From assembly GCA_002269645.1 (NCBI GenBank), contig NIVC01002157.1:62001-126000 (forward strand): a stretch of 64,000 bases of DNA, read 5' to 3'. The stretch is from Macrostomum lignano. Taxonomy: Eukaryota. How positions within the stretch are numbered: position 1 is the stretch's first letter; each line of letters begins with the position of its first letter. Positions 12,290-24,899 of the stretch are shown piece after piece. The notes beneath the pieces are model-generated. The model did not search any database, had not been told where the DNA came from, and worked only from the letters and a program-made list of their open reading frames with translations. Both the position numbers and the translations under genes were made by a program.

Positions 12290-13200
12290 GGAAGAGGGGG
12301 TGAGGAGAGGGAAGAGGGGGATGAGGAGAGGGAAGAGGGGGGTAAGAGAGGGAAGAGGGGGTGAAAAGAGGGAAGAGGGGGTGAAGAGAGGGAAGAGGGG
12401 TGAAGAGAGGGAAGAGGGTGAAGAGAGGGAAGAGGGGGTGAAGAGAGGGAAGAGGGGGTGAAGAGAGGGAAGAGGATGAAGAGAGGGAAGAGGGGGTGAA
12501 GAGAGGGAAGAGGGTGAAGAGAGGGAAGAGGGGGATAAGAGAGGGAAGAGGGAGATGAAGAGGGAGAAGAGGGAATGAAGAGGGAGAAGAAGGAATGAAG
12601 AGGGAGAAGAAGGGGATAAAGAAGGAAAGAGGGGGTGAAGAGAGGGAAGAGGGGGTGAAGAGAGGGAAGAGGGAGATGAAGAGAGGGAAGAGGATGAAGA
12701 GAGGGAAGAGGGGTGAAGAGAGGGAAGAGGGAGATGAAGAGAGGGAAGAGGGGGTGAAGAGAGGGAAGAGGGGGTGAAGAGAGGGAAGAGGGGTGAAGAG
12801 AGGGAAGAGGGGGTGAAGAGAGGGAAGAGGGAGATGAAGAGAGGGAAGAGGATGAAGAGAGGGAAGAGGGGTGAAGAGAGGGAAGAGGGGTGAAGAGAGG
12901 GAAGAGGGAGATGAAGAGAGGGAAGAGGGGTGAAGAGAGGGAAGAGGGGATGAAGAGAGGGAAGAGGGAGATGAAGAGAGGGAAGAGGGGATGAAGAGAG
13001 GGAAGAGGGAGATGAAGAGAGGGAAGAGGGAATGAAGAGGAAGAAGAGGGAATGAGAAGAGGGAATGAAGAGGGAGAAGAGGGAATGAATAGGGAGAAGA
13101 GGGAATGAAGAGGGAGAAGAGGGAATGAAGAGGGAGAAGAGGGAATGAAGAGGGAGAAGAGGGAATGAAGAGGGAGAAGAGGGGGAGGAAGAGAGGAAAG
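12290..13200. repeat. GA-rich polypurine repeat (GAAGAGAGGGAAGAGGGG...)
   Basis: Direct reading. Confidence 0.95.
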
Positions 13201-13974
13201 GAGATGATGGGAGGAGATTATAAATTGAAGAGAAGTTGCTAAAGTGAGACCATCCAAGAACAAAAGAAGAAATATAATTAAAAGAACACCAAAATATCTG
13301 GAGATCGGTCGCAAGTATCAGATTAAGGCAGGAAGATGAAGCATTTAGCTAAAATCGGATGGAGCATGCCGCAGCAGAAGCTCATCTCAATCACTTCTGA
13401 GTTCTCGCGCATCCCGCCATAGGAGCGTGCGCGGTGACAGAGCTTCTCAAGACAAGAATCTGACGGGACTCGCGTTGTCGGCAGAAATCCGTTCCCTCGC
13501 TCACCATTCTCTCTCTCTCTCTTTTCCTTGCTAATTTAAATGGAAATCGGGCCCCAGATATATTCATAAGCTGTTAATCCTTCGACCGTTCCAGCGCCGC
13601 CTTGACCGCCGCTCCGCCTCTCGTTCGGGGATTACCGCCCCGGCGACTTTAATAAGCAAAGAGCTTCTCATCGGGAATGATGGCGCGCTAGGGCAGCTGA
13701 GCCTGCGAAGTTTCCTTCTGCAGCAGTTGCTCACACTTCTTCTTCATTGCGCGCGGACAAGATTCTGTCTGTCTCTCTCTGCTTTCGTGTTGGGGGATCA
13801 TATCTCTAAGATTTTGCCTGGGTGAATTTTTCAGCTCCAATAGCGAGGCAATCTCTGATAGATTTCTTGGCTTCGCTACTCCCGGTATCAACTCCGCTGT
13901 CTACTTCCCTGTCTACTTCTCTCTTTACTTAGCTCTCCACCTTTCTACTACTTCTCATCTACGCCTCTGAGGGA

Positions 13975-14335
13975 TTGAGAGATATCAGATGAGAGTCAGA
14001 CACTGAGCAGAGAGATACCAGCTGAGAGTCAGACACTGAGCAGAGAGATACCAGATGAGAGTCAGACACTGAGCAGAGGGATATCAGATGAGAGTCAGAC
14101 ACTGGGCAGAGAGATACCAGATGAGAGTCAGACAGTCAGCAGAGAGATACCAGATGAGAGTCAGACACTGAGCAGAGATACCAGATGAGAGTCAGACACT
14201 CAGCAGAGAGATACCAGATGAGAGTCAGACAGTCAGCAGAGAGATACCAGATGAGAGTCAGACACTCAGCAGAGAGATATCAGATGAGAGTCAGACACTG
14301 AGCAGAGAGATACCAGATGAGAGTCAGACAGTCAG
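13975..14335. repeat. Minisatellite, 33 bp unit CAGATGAGAGTCAGACACTGAGCAGAGAGATAC, ~11 copies
   Basis: Direct reading. Confidence 0.95.
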
Positions 14336-14844
14336 CTGAGCTCGTCCGTCATTCAAGACAGCCATCTGCGACAAGCCGGTAGGCCAATCAAGATGAAGCC
14401 CAAGCCAGATTGGGCCAGCAAGATTAAGTCGTGAAGCAGATTTTGCAAGAAAATTTCCTTCACTGTCCAGTTGCTTCCACGCCTGAGCGGGTTCTCCCGA
14501 CACCCGGTGGCCTGCTCAGAATCCCTTTGCCGGGAAACATCTGCATCAGCGTCTGCCCCTCCCCAGCTTCACCCGCCATCTCCCAGATGGGATCAAGCAA
14601 ATCTTTGCAGCCCGTTAATCTAAGGCGGCCTGGCAACAGGGCCGAGTGATGGAGCACTGAGGCTGCAATTCGCGGTGCTTGGAGATTAAAGCCGGCTTCC
14701 GCGACCAGGCTTGAGCGGCTCTGGTGGGAGAATTGATTGTTGAGGGGAACTTTCTGCTTTTGATAGTATGGGAGTTTCATTTTTCCTTTCATGATTTTTT
14801 AGAAGCTGTGCAGTGAAAATTGGGAAACTATTTCTAGTTTGGTC

Positions 14845-17135
14845 TAGAATTCTCCCACTCTCACTGCAATCTCAGTTGGGAGAATTCTCCCACTCTCACT
14901 GCAATCTCAGTTGGGGAATTCCCCCACTCTCACTGCAATCTCAGTTGGGAGAATTCTCCCACTCTCACTGCAATCTCAGTTGGGAGAATTCTCCCACTCT
15001 CACTGCAATCTCAGTTGGGGAATTCCCCCACTCTCACTGCAATCTCAGTTGGGGAATTCCCCCACTCTCACTGCAATCTCAGTTGGGAGAATTCTCCCAC
15101 TCTCACTGCAATCTCAGTTGGGAGAATTCTCCCACTCTCACTGCAATCTCAGTTGGGGAATTCCCTCACTCTCACTGCAATCTCAGTTGGGGAATTCCCC
15201 CACTCTCACTGCAATCTCAGTTGGGAGAATTCTCCCACTCTCACTGCAATCTCAGTTGGGAGAATTCTCCCACTCTCACTGCAATCTCAGTTGGGGAATT
15301 CTCCCACTCTCACTGCAATCTCAGTTGGGAGAATTCTCCCACTCTCACTGCAATCTCAGTTGGGAGAATTCTCCCACTCTCACTGCAATCTCAGTTGGGA
15401 GAATTCTCCCACTCTCACTGCAATCTCAGTTGGGAGAATTCTCCCACTCTCACTGCAATCTCAGTTGGGAGAATTCTCCCACTCTCACTGCAATCTCAGT
15501 TGGGAGAATTCTCCCACTCTCACTGCAATCTCAGTTGGGAGAATTCTCCCACTCTCACTGCAATCTCAGTTGGGAGAATTCTCCCACTCTCACTGCAATC
15601 TCAGTTGGGAGAATTCTCCCACTCTCACTGCAATCTCAGTTGGGAGAATTCTCCCACTCTCACTGCAATCTCAGTTGGGAGAATTCTCCCACTCTCACTG
15701 CAATCTCAGTTGGGAGAATTCTCCCACTCTCACTGCAATCTCAGTTGGGAGAATTCTCCCACTCTCACTGCAATCTCAGTTGGGAGAATTCTCCCACTCT
15801 CACTGCAATCTCAGTTGGGAGAATTCTCCCACTCTCACTGCAATCTCAGTTGGGAGAATTCTCCCACTCTCACTGCAATCTCAGTTGGGGAATTCCCTCA
15901 CTCTCACTGCAATCTCAGTTGGGAGAATTCTCCCACTCTCACTGCAATCTCAGTTGGGAGAATTCTCCCACTCTCACTGCAATCTCAGTTGGGAGAATTC
16001 TCCCACTCTCACTGCAATCTCAGTTGGGAGAATTCTCCCACTCTCACTGCAGTCTCAGTTGGGAGAATTCTCCCACTCTCACTGCAGTCTCAGTTGGGAG
16101 AATTCTCCCACTCTCACTGCAATCTCAGTTGGGAGAATTCTCCCACTCTCACTGCAATCTCAGTTGGGAGAATTCTCCCACTCTCACTGCAATCTCAGTT
16201 GGGAGAATTCTCCCACTCTCACTGCAATCTCAGTTGGGGAATTCCCCACTCTCACTGCAATCTCAGTTGGGAGAATTCTCCCACTCTCACTGCAATCTCA
16301 GTTGGGAGAATTCTCCCACTCTCACTGCAATCTCAGTTGGGAGAATTCTCCCACTCTCACTGCAATCTCAGTTGGGGAATTCCCCCACTCTCACTGCAAT
16401 CTCAGTTGGGAGAATTCTCCCACTCTCACTGCAATCTCAGTTGGGAGAATTCTCCCACTCTCACTGCAATCTCAGTTGGGAGAATTCTCCCACTCTCACT
16501 GCAATCTCAGTTGGGAGAATTCTCCCACTCTCACTGCAATCTCAGTTGGGAGAATTCTCCCACTCTCACTGCAATCTCAGTTGGGAGAATTCTCCCACTC
16601 TCACTGCAATCTCAGTTGGGAGAATTCTCCCACTCTCACTGCAATCTCAGTTGGGAGAATTCTCCCACTCTCACTGCAATCTCAGTTGGGGAATTCCCCC
16701 ACTCTCACTGCAATCTCAGTTGGGAGAATTCTCCCACTCTCACTGCAATCTCAGTTGGGAGAATTCTCCCACTCTCACTGCAATCTCAGTTGGGAGAATT
16801 CTCCCACTCTCACTGCAGTCTCAGTTGGGAGAATTCTCCCACTCTCACTGCAATCTCAGTTGGGAGAATTCTCCCACTCTCACTGCAGTCTCAGTTGGGG
16901 AATTCTCCCAATCTCACTGCAATCTCAGTTGGGAGAATTCTCCCACTCTCACTGCAATCTCAGTTGGGAGAATTCTCCCACTCTCACTGAAATCTCAGTT
17001 GGGAGAATTCTCCCACTCTCACTGCAATCTCAGTTGGGAGAATTCTCCCACTCTCACTGCAATCTCAGTTGGGAGAATTCTCCCACTCTCACTGCAATCT
17101 CAGTTGGGAGAATTCTCCCACTCTCACTGCAATGA
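14845..17135. repeat. Highly homogeneous satellite, 34-35 bp unit containing the 16 bp palindrome TGGGAGAATTCTCCCA, ~65 copies
   Basis: Direct reading; no unique spacers, so not CRISPR. Confidence 0.97.
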
Positions 17136-17659
17136 ACAGATAATTTTGGCTCAATAACTTTTCAGAACTTCTCTTACGAAAGAAGAAATTTTCCACGCTT
17201 GTTTCCTCTTCAAATAGAATTGGCAATCCAAAAATCTCCCTTCCCATTGTTTGTCCCGCCAACTGCAAATCCATTCTAATCCTTGTGGCTACTCAATCAC
17301 GAACCGGTCACAGCTGCGGCAAATAGGGATAATTTTCCCTCGCGAGTAGTTCAGTGATTCTTGAGTACACAAACTGTGGCAGCGTGGCCAGTTTCCGGTT
17401 GAAATCTTGCACAAATAAGTGATTGAAATGCAACTGAAGGTTTCTGAGAGATTTTCTGTCCAGGAGACAGGTCAGCGATATGAAGATTGGATTGTTGGTC
17501 ATAAGATTTCTGAGAGCCATAGCTCATAGAAAGATCAAAAGGTTCATGGGCCATAGAAGCGAATAAAATGATTCGATAGGTTGCCCCTCTTCAAGGGGTC
17601 ATATGTCATGGAGTTAATAGTTGGATAAACTAGTGCCATATTTATGAGTCGAAAAATGG

Positions 17660-18040
17660 ATCAGAAGGGTCATTGGGTCATTAATTAATCAATAGGGTCA
17701 ATAGGTCATAACAATTGGTAATAAGGATCGTTGGCTCAAAAAATCATCCAAATGGTCATTGGGTCATAAAAATTGTTCGAATGGTCATTGGGTCATTAAA
17801 ATGGATAAAAATGGTCATTGGGTCATAAAATTTGTTTGTAAGGGTCATTGGGTCATAAAAATTGTTCGATTGGTCTTTGGGTCATAATAATGGATCAAAA
17901 CGGTCATTAGGTCATAAAAATGTATCCAAATGGCCATAAGGTCCTAAAATTTGTTTCAAATGATCATTGGGTCATTAAAATTGTTTGAATGGTCATTAGG
18001 TCATGAAAATGAATCAAAATGGTCATTGGGTAATAAAAAG
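17660..18040. repeat. Degenerate ~29 bp minisatellite (GGTCATTGGGTCATAAAAATTGTT...)
   Basis: Direct reading. Confidence 0.8.
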
Positions 18041-19179
18041 AATCGCAACAGGAGCTCACCCAGACGCATAGCTGTCAGCGGTTCCAGCGCGGACCCCCGG
18101 GCAGGTCGCAGTGTCATGTCCATCTGGCTGAAAAAGCAGCTGTCCAACGAAGATCGGAGCTTTGCAAAATGCAAACAAATTCGGCAAAGAGCCGGCAAGA
18201 GTTTCAGGATGAAATGCTTATAAGACAGAAGACTGACAGGCCGCAGACAGAGGGGAGGCGATTATCTAACAAAGTCGGGGCCAAGACTGTGTAACTCGCG
18301 CGGCAATCAGCAAATTGGTTAATTCTATAATTCTCATCCTGAAGGCCTGTCCGATCTCGGCGAGTCTCAAGGGCCAAGTGCCGCGGCTCAGGAATGAGCA
18401 GTGGATTTACCCGACTCAGGACCCGATCCGCTGGGGAGTAAACTCTGGAGGAATTCCAGAAAAGGGGATCAGATGGAGAGGAGCAGGGCTTAAAGGATTT
18501 TTCTCGCATCAAAATGTAATTTCTGAAATTGACTTCGCTGGCTGCCTGAGCTTTGAAATCCATCCTTAAAAACCTGCTTATAGCATCGGGCATTTTCCCC
18601 GGAACTTGACTAGCAGTGGGATATCTCAGTTAGCTCCGACACTGGCTCAACTCTCGGCCGCTTAATCTTGAGGGGATAATTGGCTTCTGGGAGAACAGAC
18701 GGATCTGAGGCGCGCGTGGCGGCGCAAAAATCCCGAAATTCTCTGCTCGCCTCGCACTTCCCCAGTCAGCTGTGATTGCGGGGATCACAGAGTGGGAAAT
18801 AGGGGAGAAGCGGGAGCTTATTAAGGGCTAAGCGACAGAGCGGCTTCTTCATAGGATCAAAACAAGGTGAACCGTTTGTATCAAGCAGCAGGATTTTTTT
18901 AAATAAGCAAAAAAGACAAATAATTTTTGTGCTGAAATCAAAATTATTATATTTTAGTCAGTCGTTTTGTTTCTAAGAATCGCCTTGTATCCTTAGAATC
19001 GATGTAATTAAAGGCATTCTTTTCTTGGAATCGATAGCTGAATTTCTAGGAATCGATTATCTAAGTTTCTAAAAAGGGTCTTTATATTTATGTCAGTAAA
19101 TATCGTTTCTTCATATTTAGTTTTCTAGATACCTGGTACATGTATCTATTTAATTTCTTCAAGCAACCAATTTGTTTAT

Positions 19180-19500
19180 TTTTAAGAACCAATTGCCTCT
19201 TTTCTAGGAATTGATTAATCGATTGCTTGGATTCTAAGAATCGATTGTTTCAATTCTAAGAATAGATTGCTTTCAACTCTAGAAATCGATTACTTTCATT
19301 TCTAAGAATCGATTATTTTCAAATCTAAAATTGATTATTTTCAATTCTAAGAATCGATTATTTTCAATTCTAGAAATCGATTATTTTCAATTCTAGAAAT
19401 CGATTATTTTCAATTCTAGAAATCGATTATTTTCAAATCTAAAAATCGATTATTTTCAATTCTAAGAATCGATTGCTGACTTTCTAAGAATCAATTTTTG
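19180..19500. repeat. Degenerate ~21 bp AT-rich minisatellite (TCGATTATTTTCAATTCTAGAA)
   Basis: Direct reading. Confidence 0.85.
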
Positions 19501-19994
19501 CATTTCTACGAGTATGAATCGATTGGCCCTCTCTCCAGAAACGAATCCCAAAAGCAATTCAATTGAACTTGTCTTTAGAATTCAGAATGCTTTGCAATTG
19601 AGTGAATCTACCTTTTCCATGAATGGGTCGGCTACTTATTTCCAGGAATCGCCGGCATTCCAGAACTGCCCCCCACAAGGCGCGCATACTTGGCGCGGCT
19701 TAAGGGTCACGCTCCACCCCCTGGGATGTGGCTTATCATCATTCCTGACAAGGAATATTTCACAAATCCTCTTGAACCAGCTGCCTCCCCCTCTGGTCAA
19801 TTGTCGATGGAATTTCTTGCAGAAGCAGGGCACGCGCAAAGCGACAGACAAGATCTGATGATGATTTCAACCTTTGTCTTTTAGGAATCCCGATGACCTC
19901 GGATTCGGGTGGCCTGAGTCATGCAGTTTTTCTTATAGTTTCTGCGATAGTCCCACTCTTAAGAATTCTATGGGGGGTAACTCAAAAGGTCGCA

Positions 19995-20605
19995 TTCTAT
20001 GGCTCAGACTCCTATTCTATGGGTCAGAGTCTCATTCTATGGCTCAGACTCCTATTCTATGGCCCAGACTCCTATTCTATGGCTCAAACTCCTATTCTAT
20101 GACTCAGACTCCTATTCTATGGCTCAGACTCCTATTCTATGGCTCAGACTCCTATTCTATGGCTCAGACTCCTATTCTATGGGGTCAGAGTCTCATTCTA
20201 TGGCTCAGACTCCTATTCTATGGCTCAGACTCCTATTCTATGGGGTCAGAGTCTCATTCTATGGCTCAAACTCCTATTCTATGGCTCAGACTCCTATTCT
20301 ATGGCTCAGACTCCTATTCTATGACTCAGACTCCTATTCTATGGCTCAGACTCCTATTCTATGGCTCAGACTCCTATTCTATGGCTCAGACTCCTATTCT
20401 ATGGCTCAGACTCCTATTCTATGACTCAGACTCCTATTCTATGGCTCAGACTCCTATTCTATGGCTCAGACTCCTATTCTATGGCTCAGACTCCTATTAC
20501 ATGGCTCAGACTCATATTCTATGACTCAGACTCCTATTACATGGCTCAGACTCCTATTCCATGGCTCAGACTCCTATTCCATGGCTCAGACTCATTTTCT
20601 ATGGC
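19995..20605. repeat. Minisatellite, 20 bp unit CTATGGCTCAGACTCCTATT
   Basis: Direct reading. Confidence 0.97.
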
Positions 20606-21907
20606 CCAGAGTCCCATGCTTAGGTGACAAGTTTTCGAAGCAACTCGAATGCAAAGGCAGAGATCCCATCATAGGGAAAAAGTCTTAATACCATCGCGCA
20701 ATCAGAATAACAGTGAGCCGCCTTAACGTCGAATCAATTTAGAAAGGTGATGCAGAGCTCAAGGAGGGAGACGGCGGTTTTCAGAGATTCTGATAGCAAA
20801 TTAAGCTGTCAGCATCTCCCATCGCGACAGATGGCCGGCTGGCGGGTGGAGGTGGCTGTGGAAGGACAGTGACGGGGATCCAGCTCAGAGAACTGTGATC
20901 CCCCCCCCCACCCAGATATTTATTCTCCCGCGGGAGGGCAATGAAAACAAGCATTGGATTTGTGACGCCGCCCTGCTGACGGCCACGCGACCAGCGACGG
21001 GAGCGCGCATGCGGCGGCAGCCTCGACTTTATCGGCCGGCGAGATGGCGCGATTTTAAACGGTTGAATTTCTAGGAAATGCAAAGAGATGAATAAAACAA
21101 ATTGGCATTTTATGTTTGCTGTGATGGATGGAAACTAAGTTGGCCAAATTTATGCACAGAGCACGTGCCAATTAATGGATTGCTAATCTAGCCAACATCG
21201 ATGAAGGAATGGATTGCTAATCTAGCCAACATCATGGATGCAGGAATAGAATGGATTGCTAATCTAGCCAACATCATGGATGTAGGGATAGAATGGATTG
21301 CGCTAAAGGCAGTCGCTAGGCAATAAGTTTCAGCAACAGTTGCCATTTGCACAAAAGCGCACTTGTCGCAAAATAATGTCTATCTTGCCTTTTCCCCAAC
21401 TTCAACTTCAATAAGCTGCGGTCGCCTCCCCCCCCCCCCGGTTTCAGCGGCCCATGGTGGCCTGCAGACAGCAGCTGACAGCGGAGGCGCCCAGACAACC
21501 CCTGGCCAGAAGATTGGCACGCACTCTTCATACTAATTGATCTGGTCAGCTCGGGGGGGATTTTTCTATATTGCTACTAATAGCCAGGCTTAACCGCACA
21601 GTCACCTGCCTCGCACCGGACCCCACCGGACCCCCCGTTCTGCGCCCCAAGACAAAGAGATCTAACTTTGGACAATTGTCTGCGAGCATTATAGACAATT
21701 TCGAAAGTTTAAAAGAATAAAAAACCCAAGGTAACTGCGCGCGCAATTGACCTACTGTAAGTAGCAACACGCAGTTTATTATAAAAGTTGTCAAAAAATT
21801 AAGAAAATACGATTTCAACTTCAAGCACTTTTAAAAATTCAAGCGTTACACTAGATTATATATTTTTTATAGCAGGCATAGTAGAATACAGTCAAGGTCA
21901 ATTAAGT

Positions 21908-22132
<225 letters not shown>

Positions 22133-22429
22133 CTCAATAAAACCGCAGCTGCCTGAAGCCCTCGAAATTTGAATTGAGAATCAGAAGGTGAGCTGAGGCG
22201 CCTTCAGAGAGCCGTAGCTGACGGCTTCGCTCACTGTCTCAATGTTCTGCACTGGATTGGAGCGGAGGCCGAATCGCCTGGTCAGGAAAACGGAGCTGCA
22301 AATTTGGGAAAGAAAAATGCACGAGTTTAAGCTGCTGTCCGACCAATTCGCTTTTTTCTGATATGTATATTGAAAATTGTGAAAATAACTTCTCTTCTAA
22401 CTTCTAAGAAACAATACCACACTTTTTAA

Positions 22430-23400
22430 AAGCATCAATACCACTTTTCTAAAAATCAATGCCTAAGAATGCCTTCTTTTCTAAGAATCATAACCTCTTT
22501 TCAAAGAATCAATACCGCTTTTCTAGGAATCAATACCTCTTCAAAGAACTAATACCGCTTTTCTAAGAATCAATGCCTCATTATTCAAAGAATCAATACC
22601 GCTTTTCTAAGAATCAATACCGCTTTTCTAAGAATAAATACCGCTTTTCTAAGAATAATTACCACATTTCTAAGAATCAATACCACTTTTTTAAGAATCA
22701 ATACCACTTTTCTAAGAATCAATACCACTTTTCTAAGAATCAATACCGCTTTTCTAAGAATCAATACCACTTTTCTAAGAATAAATACCGCTTTTCTAAG
22801 AATCAATACCACTTTTCTAAGAATCAATACCGCTTTTCTAAGAATCAATACCACTTTTCTAAGAATAAATACCGCTTTTCTAAGAATCAATGCCTCGTTA
22901 TTCAAAGAATCAATACCGCTTTTCTAAGAATCAATACCGCTTTTCTAAGAATAAATACCGCTTTTCTAAGAATCAATGCCTCGTTATTCTAAGAATCAAT
23001 ACCACTTTTCTAAGAATAAATACCGCTTTTCTAAGAATAAATACCACTTTTCTAAGAATCAATACCACTTTTCTAAGAATCAATATCACTTTTCTAAGAA
23101 TCAATACCACTTTTCTAAGAATCAATACCGCTTTTCTAAGAATCAATACCACTTTTCTAAGAATAAATACCGCTTTTCTAAGAATCAATACCAATTTCAA
23201 AGAATCAATACCTCATTTTTCAAATAATCAATACCCACTTTCTAAGAATCAATACTTCTTTTTCTAAGAATAAGCACCTCATTTCCAAGAACTTAATGCC
23301 TCATTTCTAAGAGTCAACATCTCCTTTTTAAGAACCAACTTCTCGCTCCTAAGAGTAGACAACTCATTTCTAAGAATCGGTACTATTTTTCTTAGAAATT
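22430..23400. repeat. Minisatellite, 21 bp unit TTCTAAGAATCAATACCACTT
   Basis: Direct reading. Confidence 0.95.
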
Positions 23401-23599
23401 ACGAGCGTAGACATTATATTTATAGCTAGCACTGCATTTCTTAGAATCGGCATTCATATTTTTAAAAACACAATACTATTTATTCTCAATGAGCACGAGC
23501 TACTATACTAATTTCAAAAAGTCACCAACTTTATTACAAAAAAGAAACGAAGCCCCGTTTCTAAGAATTTTCATTTTATTTAAACAATTTCCACAAGCC

Positions 23600-23853
23600 T
23601 CACAGCAGGGCAGCGAGCAGCACAGCGCCAGCGGCAGCCAGCCCCAGAGCCGTCATGTGCAGCCGGTGAGTCTCGGCCAGTCTCAGCTCCCTCTGCTGCC
23701 AGCGCCTGTCCGGCCCCGGACCCTTCCAGCTGCCGCAGCGCGGGAAATTTGCGGGCACCCCGGCTGACCAGCTGGCCGCGTCTCCCACCAGCAGCAGCAG
23801 CCCCATGCCGATCTCCACGTGGAACTCCAGGTGGCAGTGCAGCAGCCATACGC
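23600..23853 (-). CDS. Laccase-type multicopper oxidase, exon 9 (GVWLLHCHLEFHVEIGM type-1 Cu site with axial Met; hydrophobic C-terminal tail; stop)
   Basis: Acceptor TTTCGCAG, phase 1; HCHxxxHxxxxM motif; TGA at 23602-23600. Confidence 0.93.
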
Positions 23854-23871
23854 CTGCGAAAGAAAACCGGG

Positions 23872-24615
23872 CTCGCTGTCTTATCTCACTCTCTCGCTGT
23901 CTAATCTCACTCTCTCGCTGTCTATCTCACTCTCTCGCTGTCTTATCTCACTCTCTCGCTGTCTATCTCACTCTCTCGCTGTCTTATCTCACTCTCTCGC
24001 TGTCTATCTCACTCTCTCGCTGTCTATTTCACTTTCTCGCTGTTTTATCTCACTCTCTCGCTGTCTATCTCACTCTCTCGCTGTCTTTTTCACTCTCTCG
24101 CTGTCTTATCTCACTCTCTCGCTGTCTATCTCACTCTCTTGCTATCTTATCTCACTCTCTCGCTGTCTATCTCACTCTCTCGCTGTCTTATCTCACTCTC
24201 TCGCTGTCTTATCTCACTCTCTCGCTGTCTTATCTCACTCTCTCACTGTCTTATCTCACTCTCTCGCTGTCTATCTCACTCTCTCGCTGTCTTATCTCAC
24301 TCTTTCGCTGTCTATCTCACTCTCTCACTGTCTATCTCACTCTCTTACTGTCTATCTCACTCTTTCGCTGTCTATCTCACTCTCTCGCTGTCTATCTCAC
24401 TCTCTTACTGTCTATCTCACTCTCTCGCTGTCTATCTCACTCTCTTACTGTCTATCTCACTCTCTCACTGTCTATCTCACTGTCTATCTCACTGTCTATC
24501 TCACTGTCTATCGCACTGTCTATCTCACTGTCTATCTCACTGTCTATCTCACTGTCTATCGCACTGTCTATCTCACTGTCTATCTCACTGTCTATCTCAC
24601 TGTCGATCTCACTCT
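23872..24615. repeat. Intronic pyrimidine-rich minisatellite (CTGTCTATCTCACTCTCTCG, 20-21 bp, then 14 bp unit)
   Basis: Direct reading; fills laccase intron 8. Confidence 0.95.
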
Positions 24616-24667
24616 ATCCATCTTACTTTATATCAAGCTCTCCCCCTTTTCTCTGCCAGTCCCTCAC

Positions 24668-24815
24668 CAGGATTGTCGGTGCGAAACCGCAGCACAGTGT
24701 AGCCCCCGTCGGGCACAATCACGGTGTCCTTCATCACCGGTCTGTCCAGATTCCTGCGCAACAGGCCGGCCGAGTCCCGCCTCTTCACCTCGGCAACAGA
24801 AACGTTTTTGCCGAG
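24668..24815 (-). CDS. Laccase exon 8 (LGKNVSVAEVKRR...KDTVIVPDGGYTVLRFRTDNPG)
   Basis: Acceptor TTCATAG phase 0, donor GTGAGG phase 1; KDTVxVPxGGY...DNPG is the canonical cupredoxin domain 3 motif. Not in the ORF track. Confidence 0.93.
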
Positions 24816-24899
24816 CTATGAATAAAAAAATGAAATAATTATGTCACACTGGGTCCTGAACTTGACGTACTGGGTCATGGACTTAACACTCCTTTGTTT

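Noticed and set aside
12271-13314. 347 aa Leu/Pro/Ser ORF
   Set aside because: Translation of a GA/CT simple repeat
14813-17157. 700+ aa ORFs in three frames, and a possible CRISPR array (35 bp palindromic repeat)
   Set aside because: Pure head-to-tail tandem repeat with no unique spacers and no cas genes in a eukaryotic context; the ORFs arise because the unit lacks stops
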